From Chiloscyllium plagiosum (lineage: Eukaryota): a stretch of 25,449 nucleotides of DNA. How positions within the stretch are numbered: the stretch's first letter is position 1; the number at the start of each line of letters is the position of its first letter. Where the stretch lies: positions 28,250,710-28,276,158 of the forward strand of contig NC_057719.1 of assembly GCF_004010195.1 (NCBI RefSeq), read 5' to 3'. Under the pieces are notes generated by a model. That model was not told the origin of the DNA. It ran no database searches and was given only the letters and a program-made list of their open reading frames with translations. Shown piece by piece: positions 10,822 through 20,164 of this stretch. The position numbers and the translations under genes were made by a program.

Positions 10822-10930
10822 AAAGAAAAACAGAAACTGTTGGGAAAACTCAGTAGGTCAGGCAGTATCTGCAGAGAGAAGGCAGAATTAATAGTTGGGC
10901 CCAGTGACCCTTCAGAAAAGCTCTGAAAAT
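10822..10930 (-). mobile_element. Penelope-like terminal-repeat fragment
   Basis: AAAACAGAAACTGTTGGGAAAACTCAGTAGGTCAGGCAGTATCTGCAGAGAGA...GGGCCCAGTGACCCTTC is similar to 15760-15850 and 20190-20290. Confidence 0.6.
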
Positions 10931-11348
10931 AGTATCAAAACTTTAAAAAAAAAGTCAATGATGCAAAGATACCCAGTAAGTAAGACATTTGTACGGAAAT
11001 ACAGCAAAGAAATCTGCCATCCTCACCTGGTCTGGCCTATATGTCACTCAAGACCCACAAATGGCGAGTGGTCTCCTACTCCTAATGTTTGTTTATACAT
11101 TTACTAATACCATTGTGCTCATTCAATTAGCCCACTCCAAGGTGATTTTATGTGGCATTGTTAGAGGAGGGGCTTGGATGGTCAAGTAGCATTTTAGTCA
11201 TATATCATTTCCCCCAGCAGAAAATGATATAACCAGAGCCAATAGGTAACATGCTCCCCACAACACTGAAAATGTTTAGAACAATTTAAAATAATCATTT
11301 ACTACTTGTTAATAAAGCTGTTAATACCTGTTAATAAAATTGATCATG

Positions 11349-11528
11349 GGGAGGCCGTGGCTTCATGGTAATGGTATTAACTAGCGATCTAGAGACAGGC
11401 TAACCTAGTCTGTCTAAATGTAACTCCAGACCCACACCAATGTGGTTGACTTTTAATTAGCCTCTGGTCAATTAGGGATGGCCAATGAAAGCTGGCCTAG
11501 TCAGCAAGGCCTACATCCCAAGAACACT
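11349..11528 (+). mobile_element. Internally deleted tRNA-derived SINE; a related fragment lies near 11005-11062
   Basis: The block GTCTxxxTAxATGTxACTCxAGACCCACA occurs both here and at about 11030-11059. It ends GGGATGGCCAATGAAAGCTGGCCTAG..CCTACATCCCAAGAACA, where the HE1 copy is inserted. Confidence 0.55.
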
Positions 11529-11851
11529 GGGTGGCACGGTGGCACAGTGGTTAGCACTGCTGCCTCACAGCGCCAGAGACCTGGGTTCAATTCCCACCTC
11601 AGGCGACTGACTGTGTGGAGTTTGCACGTTCTCCCCGTGTCTGCGTGGGTTTCCTCCGGGTGCTCCGGTTTCCTCCCACAGTCCAAAGATGTGCAGGTCA
11701 GGTGAATTGGCCATGCTAAATTGCCCGTAGTGTTAGGTAAGGGGTAAATGTAGGGGTATGGGTGGGTTGCGCTTCAGCGGGTCGGTGTGGACTTGTTGGG
11801 TCGAAGGGCCTGTTTCCACACTGTAATCTAATATAATCTAATCTAATCTAA
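11529..11851 (+). mobile_element. HE1-type V-SINE, full length, young-looking
   Basis: Pol III A box TGGCACAGTGG (11540-11550), B box GGTTCAATTCC (11584-11594), V-domain, CR1-like tail GAAGGGCCTGTTTCCACACTGTA and (TAATC)n end. Many CpGs are retained. Confidence 0.93.
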
Positions 11852-11920
11852 CAATTGTTAAAAAAGCATGGTCTATCAATAACCTTCATTTCATTTCATA
11901 ATTTGTTCCTAATAGAGTAA

Positions 11921-12120
11921 TGAGAAAGTGAGAACTGCAGATGCTGGAGGATCAGATTTGAAATATGTGGTGCTGGAAAAGCACAGCAGGTCAGGCAGCA
12001 TCTGAGGATCAGGATCTGAGGCAGCAGCAGGAGAGTCGAAGTTTCAAATGAAGGGCTGATGCCCCTGCTCCTCTGATTTTGCCTGACCTGCTGTGCTTTT
12101 CCAGCACCACACTTTTCGAC
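11921..12120. mobile_element. Palindromic Penelope-like mini-element (same family as 1375-1564)
   Basis: Inverted arms TGTGGTGCTGGAAAAGCACAGCAGGTCAGGCA / TGCCTGACCTGCTGTGCTTTTCCAGCACCACA. Flanks TCCTAATAGAGTAA (11907-11920) and TCCTACAAGAATAA (12121-12134) match at 11 of 14 positions. Confidence 0.75.
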
Positions 12121-12344
12121 TCCTACAAGAATAAGTAAGTCTCAGTAAATAATAATTCATCACAACAGCAGGTCATAAACAACAGGTTAAATCAGAATTT
12201 CTATAGAAAAATCTGAGCATTTTGTTTTAGATGAAGCTGCTTGCAGAGTGTTTCAAATATTTGCAGCATTCGTGAACTTTGGCAACACTGCAGATGGTTC
12301 AGGAACACCACGCCTGTTATGTTAAAACAACAGTACATATTCAA

Positions 12345-12462
12345 GAGGCTCTTGTAGTGAAGTGGTAGTGTCCCAACCTCTGAACCAGTAGGTCTGGGTT
12401 CAAGTCTCACCTGCTCCAGCAGTGTGTAATAATAACATCTCTGAATAGGTTGATTCAGGGGA
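12345..12462 (+). mobile_element. Short tRNA-derived SINE
   Basis: A-box-like TAGTGAAGTGG and B-box-like GGTTCAAGTC at tRNA spacing. No closable cloverleaf, followed by an unrelated tail and an A run. Confidence 0.55.
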
Positions 12463-14024
12463 AAAAATTGCTTGAGTAAAAGCTCAGCAAGGCCATTCAA
12501 GATGAAGAATTTGTCTACCTAATTGACAAAATCATACAAAAAACACTTTTTATATTGTAACTATGGCATTAATATGTATGTGAGAAGTAATGAGTTTTTG
12601 CAATAGAAAAGATGAACTAAAGTGGAAGCATTTTTGGAATGTAACTGCATAGAAAGTTAAACTGATCACTCGTTGTTTTTCCTCACAGTTCATTTTTGAG
12701 ACATCTATATTAGATCATAGCCCATTCCAGCTCATCCCAATCTTTAGGCTGATTGTACATGTTAAGGCATGCACACTGTGCACAACTCCTTTCCAGTACA
12801 GTACACCTGAAGTTGGCAACTCATGTAGGGGCAAGATTCCACAAGTGTCGGGATCAGGTTAAATGCTAACTGTGTAACTTCAAATGAGGTTTACTATCGG
12901 CATGCATGATGCAAGAGGATTTATAGATGCTGTTACTCACCTCTAGTTAAAATGCAGCAAGTGTATAAAGAGACAAATAACAAGTTAACCCTTTCCAAGT
13001 AATGATGAAATCTGCAAAGATATTCAATTAAATTCAGTAAGATACCATCTTCAGGAAAAGTGGCTCACAGCAAACATTTCATCTGACAGAATCTGGGTTG
13101 AAATTAACAGGCAGGGTTCAAATTGAAGATCCCTACTTTTATGGTATCTATAATGAGATTAATTAAATTCCTCTTACAAATTCTTCAAACTGGTTTCTTG
13201 GACTATATTGTTAACTTAACAGAATAAACAGAAATGTTTAAAAGTAATAAATTACATTAAAGGCAATTCTTTACAATGATTTAATTTTTTAATGAACCTT
13301 GAGTCGCATTAGATTATGCGATCCCTTAAGATTTAAGGGATATTTTATTTTGATAATTGATTTAGCAGTAATTTCTTTTCTTCTATAAAGTATATTATGA
13401 GTTATTCCTGACATCAGCAATCCAGACAGAGAAACAATGAGAACATTAGGATTATTTTGAGGATTTCAAAATTTTAACCAATTTTTCAAGACTTTTAGAC
13501 TTAACTCGTTCCTTGGTTAAGTTCCATGTGACATGATGCAGTGATTGTCTCACAGTTTGTGGCATCCAATCATTAAAGCACCATCTGCTGGATTTGGCAA
13601 ACATTGCACAGGATTGAACACTTAATGATGCCAAATGGCTCAATTCCAAAACTGAATTCATTGGGGATATTTTAATTAAAAAGATTTGTTTCAAGCCTTT
13701 CTGGTTTTAAAAAATAAGAAGAAGAACATTAGCCTAAAACTGCTAAAAAAATTCTGTTTTTGTTTGCCTAGAGAATGGCAATGGTCATAACAATGAGATA
13801 TTCCATTGGGAAGTAAGTAATAAAGGTGCAAAGTGTAATCATGTTTTTTCACTGTTGTGCTCATCAGGGTAAAAAAATTATTTGTGATCAAATATCATCT
13901 TATGATTTATCATTAATTTTAACAAAACAATAGGCATGGCACAGGTTACGTGTTCCTTCCATTCTATTGCTATCATTGTCTTAAACTCATGTTAATATTC
14001 CCTACAGCAACAGCACAACATCAT

Positions 14025-14530
14025 TGGCACAGAGAGTAGGAGTAAGCTAGTCAGCCCTTTGAGCCTGTTTCGCCATTCAATTAGCTCGTGACTAATCTCT
14101 GACCTAACTCTACATACATGCCTTTGGCCCAGATCCCCCAATACCTTTGCTTAATAAAGGTTAATTTATCTCAGATTTAAAATTATTAACTGATCAAGTG
14201 TTAAATTCTGTTTGTGGAAAAGCTTTCCAATGTCTACCACCCTTTGTGTGTCGAAGTGTTTCCTGACATCTCTCCTGAATGGTCTGGTCCTAATTCTCAG
14301 ACTATGCCCCTAGTTCTAGAATCGCTAGTTTTTCTTTATCTACCCTGTCTTTTCCTGTAAATGTCTCAAAGTCATCAATCAGATTATCCCTTAACCTTAT
14401 AAATTCTGCAGAAAACAGGCAAAGCCTGTTAAATAATCTCTTATCATAACTTAATCACTGAAGTCCAGGTATCATTCTCGTAAACCAACGTTAAACTCCC
14501 TCCATGGCCAATACATCCTTGCTAAGGTTC
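14025..14530 (-). mobile_element. CR1 LINE 3' fragment
   Basis: GAGTAGGAGTAAGCTAGTCAGCCCTTTGAGCCTGTTTCGCCATTCAAT tail and the following sequence parallel 5975-6480. Confidence 0.75.
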
Positions 14531-14615
14531 CCCACAGTGTTTATCCAATTAAACTTTTAATTGTAACATTAGCAAATTATTGGAATTTGATGGCAAATTG
14601 TGTGTAGTTCTTTAC

Positions 14616-14698
14616 GAGAGATGGCAAGATGGCGGCAGAGGAAAACGCTCCAGTCGGAATCTTCTGTTCTATCCATTCTTTTTCTTTTTTTCACTCTT
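14616..14698 (+). mobile_element. Probable 5' end of an L1-like element running into the gap
   Basis: GAGAGATGGCAAGATGGCGGC mirrors the start of the L1 at 23456 (GAGAGAGGGAATCTAAGATGGCGGC). CpGs appear abruptly after AT-rich sequence. Confidence 0.4.
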
Positions 14699-15198
14699 NN
14701 NNNNNNNNNNNNNNNNNNNNNNNNNNNNNNNNNNNNNNNNNNNNNNNNNNNNNNNNNNNNNNNNNNNNNNNNNNNNNNNNNNNNNNNNNNNNNNNNNNNN
14801 NNNNNNNNNNNNNNNNNNNNNNNNNNNNNNNNNNNNNNNNNNNNNNNNNNNNNNNNNNNNNNNNNNNNNNNNNNNNNNNNNNNNNNNNNNNNNNNNNNNN
14901 NNNNNNNNNNNNNNNNNNNNNNNNNNNNNNNNNNNNNNNNNNNNNNNNNNNNNNNNNNNNNNNNNNNNNNNNNNNNNNNNNNNNNNNNNNNNNNNNNNNN
15001 NNNNNNNNNNNNNNNNNNNNNNNNNNNNNNNNNNNNNNNNNNNNNNNNNNNNNNNNNNNNNNNNNNNNNNNNNNNNNNNNNNNNNNNNNNNNNNNNNNNN
15101 NNNNNNNNNNNNNNNNNNNNNNNNNNNNNNNNNNNNNNNNNNNNNNNNNNNNNNNNNNNNNNNNNNNNNNNNNNNNNNNNNNNNNNNNNNNNNNNNNN
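14699..15198. other. Assembly gap (500 N)
   Basis: Run of N. Confidence 1.
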
Positions 15199-15459
15199 AA
15201 CAGTGAAATCTGCCACTGTGCTACACAATTCATCTATTTTTCTCTCAATGTTTAAATTAATAAAAAATCTACAATGTTATTACCATGCACTTCATTTATG
15301 CAAATCCATAAGCTGTTCAAATTTATGTAATGCATTTCATGACACGTTTTGACATTGAAGGAGACAGCAAATTATCAAAAGTCCATCATCGAAAAGTTGA
15401 ATGTGCATGTTAAGAATAATTAGCAAATTCCAGTTGGTGAATCAATCATCATAAATATG

Positions 15460-15600
15460 AAATGTTGGAAATCTGAAAAAAAAGCAGAAAGTTCTGGAAA
15501 ACACAATAGTTATGAGGAAGAATCATCTGACTTGAAAACTCAGTTTCTCACTCCACAGATGATGCTGAGATTTTCTGGCACGTCCTGTTTTTATATCAGT
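15460..15600. mobile_element. Decayed palindromic Penelope-like terminal-repeat remnant
   Basis: ATGTTGGAAATCTGAAAAAAAAGCAGAAAGTTCTGGAAAA ... CTCCACAGATG..TGCTGAGATTTTCTGGCA..CTGTTTTTAT forms imperfect inverted arms related to 15732-15920. Confidence 0.5.
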
Positions 15601-15731
15601 TAGTAATGATTTAGGATATTTTTCTTGATAAAATTACTCATTTATTGTTCTCACTTTTCCAATTGCATTCCTTTCTTTTCTGAAACGACCTTCCTGGGAC
15701 CGAGAAAATGTTTGATAACCCAAGTACCTGA

Positions 15732-15920
15732 AAATAAAATCAAGAACTGTGGATGCTAAAAATCTGAAACAAAAACAGACATTTCTGGAGAAGCTTACGT
15801 CTGGAGCTGAGCAGAGAAACATTTTGGGTGCAGTGGCCCTTCATCAGAACTAGTTGACTCTGCTTTCTGTCCACAGATGCTGCCAGAGCTGTTGAGTTTC
15901 TCCAGCAATTTCTATTTTTG
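15732..15920. mobile_element. Palindromic Penelope-like mini-element
   Basis: Arms AAAAACAGACATTTCTGGAGAAGCT / AGTTTCTCCAGCAATTTCTATTTTT. A central minus-strand hammerhead-like motif lies at 15818-15851. Imperfect flanking repeat ACCCAAGTACC / AACCAAGTCCC. Confidence 0.65.
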
Positions 15921-15974
15921 AACCAAGTCCCATGCTATCTTTATGTATACGTTAAGACATGCTCTGTTTTGTAT

Positions 15975-16288
15975 ATGATTTGGAGATGCCAATGTTGGAC
16001 TGGGGTGTACAAAGTTAAAAATCACACAACACCAGGTTATAGTCCGACAGGTTTATTTGGAAGCACTAGCTTTCGAAGCACTGTTCCTTCACCACCATCA
16101 ACACCACTAACTGCTGGCTTAAAGTGTAAAGGATCTCCAAGAAAATTGCACATATTGACACAGACATATTGTGTCTTACAATCTTATAGTCCACAACCAC
16201 CTGATGAAGGTGCAGCGCTCTGAAAGCTAGTGCTTCCAAATAAACCTGTTGGACTATAACCTGGTGTTGTGTGATTTAAAACTCTGTA
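15975..16288. mobile_element. Penelope-like element remnant with inverted terminal repeats
   Basis: About 75-bp arms AAATCACACAACACCAGGTTATAGTCCGACAGGTTTATTTGGAAGCACTAGCTTTC / GAAAGCTAGTGCTTCCAAATAAACCTGTTGGACTATAACCTGGTGTTGTGTGATTT around a spacer of about 110 nt. Hammerhead motif in the right arm. Confidence 0.8.
16198..16232 (+). ncRNA. Minimal type-I hammerhead ribozyme motif (Penelope-associated)
   Basis: CAC-CUGAUGA-A-GGUGC-AGC-GCUCU-GAAA-GC-UA-GUG: intact core, stem I CAC/GUG, stem II with one U-U mismatch and one G-U pair, palindromic AGCU stem III, cleavage triplet CUA. Confidence 0.65.
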
Positions 16289-17278
16289 TAAACAGACTAT
16301 GCCATCCTGCAAGGCATCACTGCATAAATTAATTCCATTTATATTTACAGGACTGTAATTCTGAGCAGTTATTACTGAATAATAATCAAGAGAAGGAATT
16401 TGTCCAGTTTTCACCTTCCTTTATGGAGGGTAGGGAAAGAGTTTCAATAACTATCCAACTGACATCTTTAAGACAGCAGACAGACTTCTTTACTTTATTC
16501 AATAGATTTTCAGTGGAGTAATACACACTGTAAAACTGAGAAGTAATTAGAACTCACGGTGTCTCCAGTAGCACTATAATCAACCCTTCGGGTATGTAAT
16601 ACATTATTCAATCCATCTCATTCACCTCTTCTTCAAATTAATTTCTTATACCGTCTAAGCTAAAACATTACGAAAATACATGGGATTTAATTTGCATCAT
16701 TGACTAAATCTCAGTCTCAACTTCATCAGAAGGTCAATCCTCACACAAGTTGCAAATATTGCAAGTTTCTCTGCAACTTTCTGCTCAAAACTTATATTTT
16801 TCAAAATTTATATTCCCATCATCTCTTTCTAAGATAATGCTTCTTAACTATAACGTTATTGTGTCAGTCTGTGTCAATTTTTATTTTATCTATCCCAGAA
16901 GATTTTCCATCATGTGTGAACTTGTTTAAGATATCTGTAGTAGACTCCAGAATGTCCACACCGACCTAATATTCAGTTAGAACAATGTTATTTTTCATCA
17001 ACACAGGGGAGATTAAGTTCTTACAATCTTGCAGAAAAAATGTCATAAAGATCTAACACGATATATATGGCAATAAATGTTGCCCTAACCATTCCACAGA
17101 GTAATGGAATGGTGCATCCAAGTCAAAATTGTCCCAAAGTATCTTACAAACAGTAGCAAGTAGCACCTGTGAGTCGAATATGGTTAAATTCAAATCATTA
17201 TTTAGTAGTACAGAGCTTGAGTATTGTTAAAAATGATACATTTTGTTGAAGGTTTTCATCATTTGCCCATCAGTACAT

Positions 17279-17460
17279 TGGTTAGCTGAGTTGGCTGGAT
17301 AGCTGGTTTGTGATGTAGTGTGACCCCAACAGTGTGGGTTCAATTCCCATAATGGCTGAGGTTATCATGAAGGGCTTTGTTTCTCAACCTCTCCCCTTGT
17401 TTGAGGTGTGGTGACCCTAAGGTTAAATAGCCACCACTCAAACTAATGAGAGAGGAGCCA
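17279..17460 (+). mobile_element. tRNA-derived SINE (distinct family)
   Basis: A-box-like TAGCTGAGTTGG and B box GGTTCAATTCC (about 17337). The internal GGTTAAATAGCCACCA also occurs at about 1215-1231. Confidence 0.6.
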
Positions 17461-17540
17461 TATAACATGGAAACAGACCCTGCAGTCCATCCAGTCTATG
17501 CCAAACATAATCCCCATCTAAACTAGTCCCATATCCCATA
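17461..17540 (-). mobile_element. CR1 3'-tail fragment
   Basis: CATGGAAACAGACCCT...AAACTAGTCCCA is the reverse complement of the tail type at 4591-4720. Confidence 0.6.
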
Positions 17541-17911
17541 GCCGCCTACTTGCGGAACGTTTCAGAGAACACCTCTGGGACACCCGGACCAACCAACCCA
17601 ACCACCCCGTGGCTCAACACTTCAACTTCCCCTCCCACTCCACCAAGGACATGCAGGTCCTTGGACTCCTCCGCCTATCACCCTCACCTTAACCTCCTTC
17701 CACCTATCGCATTCCCAACGCCCCTCCCCCAAGTCCCTCCTCCCTACCTTTTATCTTAGCCTGCTTGGCACACCTTCCTCATTCCTGAAGAAGGGCTTAT
17801 GCCCGAAACGTCGATTTTACTGCTCCTCGGATGCTGCCTGAACTGCTGTGCTCTTCCAGCACCACTAATCCAGAATCTGGTTTCCAGCATCTGCAGTCAT
17901 TCTTTTTACCT
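17541..17911 (+). mobile_element. Penelope-like retroelement 3' fragment (GIY-YIG C-terminal part, deletion, terminal repeat)
   Basis: Frame from 17543 reads RLLAERFREHLWDTRTNQPNHPVAQHFNFPSHSTKDMQVLGLL (R..EH...PVA.HFN motif of PLE GIY-YIG endonucleases). It is followed by a C-rich tract, a hammerhead motif and the CCAGCATCTGCAGTC end. Confidence 0.88.
17781..17816 (+). ncRNA. Minimal type-I hammerhead ribozyme motif (Penelope-associated), best-preserved copy
   Basis: AUUC-CUGAAGA-A-GGGC-UUAU-GCCC-GAAA-C-GUC-GAUU: intact core, perfect 4-bp stem II with tetraloop, palindromic ACGU stem III, canonical GUC triplet, weak stem I (3 of 4 pairs). Confidence 0.7.
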
Positions 17912-18724
17912 TTGGGAAGGGGGTGCCTTCTGAGAGCTACTCACTATCCTTTCTTCCAATCCCCTTGTGTCTTCCTCGCTACTCTACCCAGCCCTCCCTC
18001 ACTCTCCTAAGGCCTGGCAACCTTACTTATCCTGGCTCTCCACTGGCTTTATTGTCACCAGACACCACTGTTCCCAATGGCAATGCCAGCTTCTGATTGG
18101 CAATCCCTAGTATAGCTGATCTTAGGGAAGGCCCATTACTGGCCTCTTAAGTGCCTGGTCAGCATTTGATATGGTGGGTCTTCCTCAGCTCTTCAACCAA
18201 TGGGAAAGATCCCTGTCTCCCATGTCTATAGTACTTTCTTACTACTCTGTGAGGTATTTTCCTTACCATTATATTCCTCATTGTAATATCAAAAAGAAAA
18301 TACCTTTAAGGTGGAATCTTAAAGGGGCTTGAATGACATGAACGATGGTGAGAAATGTGACAAAAAATCCAGCAAAGCACTTCTCAACATTGGGAGCAAC
18401 TTGCTGCATCTTTTAACTGAATTCCAGGTGTCATGGTGTGATTCTCACTAGGCAGCAGTGAGCTACCTAATAAAGAGAATTATTGCTTGGTAATGATGTC
18501 ATTAACTGCACATCTCACCTCACTCACATTCAGTTTCCTATTCTATGTCCCAATGTGAGTAAACTAGATGCCAAGAACTTTTACCATGGAAGTCAGACTA
18601 GGTCCTCGGTCTCTCCAGCTCACTGCTGGCTGCAATCAGCTTCCATATTACTCAGCATGAAACAGCAATGCAGGGCACAATCCACAGCCACCCGCTACAG
18701 GCACCCCTTATCTACAAACATTAC

Positions 18725-19028
18725 GTGGGGGTGGGTAAAGGACATGGTAGAAGGTGCTCAGACCCTAAAATTACTGGAATTAATATCGAGTCCAGAAGGC
18801 TGCAGTGTCCCAAGTGGAAAATGAGATGCTGTTCTTCCATGTTGGACTGAGTTTCGCTGGGGCACTGCAGCAAGTCCGAGTCAGAAATGCTGGCCGGGAA
18901 AAAGGTGGGCGGGGGGGGTGTTGAAGTTACAGGCAAGTGGAAGGTTAGGGTCACTTTTGAAAACAGAATGTAGGTGTTCCGCAAAGTGGTTGTCCAATAT
19001 GCACTGTGTCTCCTCAGTGTAGTAGCTT
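18725..19028 (-). mobile_element. Penelope-like GIY-YIG endonuclease relic
   Basis: Minus frames read YYTEETQCILDNHFAEHLHSVFKSDPNLPLACNFN (YIGET..L..RFAEH..PVACHFN-like) and LLQCPSETQSNMEEQHLIFHLG. Confidence 0.8.
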
Positions 19029-19029
19029 C

Positions 19030-19560
19030 ATAGGGCAGCTCTCCATTCTTCAAGGATCTTTCTGGCCTGTTATTGGCATTTTCCCCTGGAATGAGTGAAA
19101 GGAAGGGGCTGAGTAAGCTGAAAGTAGATGGCACAACTGTTGGTGATGGTGTGGGTGGTCAAAAGATGGTAAGGTGCCCCGGGCAAGTGAGTAGTTGTTA
19201 CAGAGGGCACGCAAGGTTAGTGGTGTGGGGGCAAGGACAGTAAGTCAGGGAATGTGTCGCATGCAGTACTGAGAGTGGAAGAAAGAGCATGAGGTTTGGT
19301 GGGAGATGGGTGCGGTGACAGAGATAGATAGAGTGAAATAACAGAGAGGAGAGCTTGGCACTTACACTGGCAGAGCACAAAGGATCATTGGCCTCTTTCG
19401 AGTATTACTGGCCTTTTTTAAAGACTGTGCAGACTGCAGTGACTTGGATGGCAACCTCGCACCAGGCTGCCAGGATTTTGTGGCTTGGGTTCCGGGTAAC
19501 CACCCTGTCCACCAGGGTCTCCAGGTCTGAGGTGGCGAATCGCAGTATCATTTTCCCTCT
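19030..19560 (-). pseudogene. Myb/SANT-like (trihelix, Harbinger/PIF-transposon type) DNA-binding gene relic with a 280-nt intron
   Basis: Exon 19560-19366 reads RGKMILRFATSDLETLVDRVVTRNPSHKILAAWCEVAIQVTAVCTVFKKGQ*YSKEANDPLCSAS|GTAAGT, resembling RF...LE.L...V...W.EVA..V.A......Q..KK.NDL. The intron ends CTTTCACTCATTCCAG (19086). The next segment ..NNRPERSLKNGELP resembles the (H)NRRER..TGGG.P motif. One stop and one frameshift. Confidence 0.55.
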
Positions 19561-20164
19561 TCTTCAACAGTTTTGGGAAGACTTCTTCAACATGCAGGGC
19601 ATCTTCAGAGTGCCCAGTGCTCATCCAGCAGACCTTTAAAGATAGTGTGGGTACCAACAGTGTGTATCCTTTGGCAGATATCCAATAAGTGGTGAGTTCT
19701 TCTGGCCTGTGGTAAAATGGGGCTAGAATCAGGTGAGAGGGGCACCATAAGGTCAGGATAGGGAGCTAATGAGGCGAATTATGCAAGATAATGCAAGAAA
19801 TCTCATGGAGGAAACCTAAGTGAAACTCAACAAAATTGACACTTAGCCAAAGAAACAAAGATTCAGGCCATAGAGTCGATGGATTCACAACAAAGATCAT
19901 TCCAAATTCTAGTGTTTACTTCAGAATCTAGATGATTGATCCACATTACTCTGCGAGACTACGATCCATCCCACTTGGCTCAGAAAGTTAATCAGGAAAC
20001 CATTGAAGAAAATCTGATCTCTTAATCCAAACTGATGTCCACACGGTTATGGAACAGTAACCATGGGAGAATTCGGAAAGAAGGAGCTGAAATGGACATT
20101 AAGCTTTGAACTGGCGAATGACTGGAAATGCTCCCTCTGCTGGTCAGCTAGAATACTAAGTTTA

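Noticed and set aside
11478..11705. ORFs with WVSSGCSGFLPQSKDV / CGRKPEHPEETHADTGR (also 3689-3886)
   Set aside because: Translations of the HE1 V-SINE body, not genes.
12345..12420. Possible tRNA gene (also the heads at 11529 and 17279)
   Set aside because: A/B boxes are present but there is no complete cloverleaf or T-run terminator. These are SINE heads.
14569..15352. Long ORFs in the track (180-250 aa)
   Set aside because: Artefacts of translating through the 500-N gap.
15650..15740. Exon-like segment after TTTTATTTTCAG on the minus strand
   Set aside because: The acceptor is contributed by the end of a Penelope remnant and the peptide is unrecognised.
16340..16680. Minus-strand splice-like signals (ACC|GTGAGT near 16558; acceptors near 16420 and 16660)
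   Set aside because: The exon bounded by the 16660 acceptor has stops in all frames, the others give no recognisable peptide, and the signals are compatible with chance.
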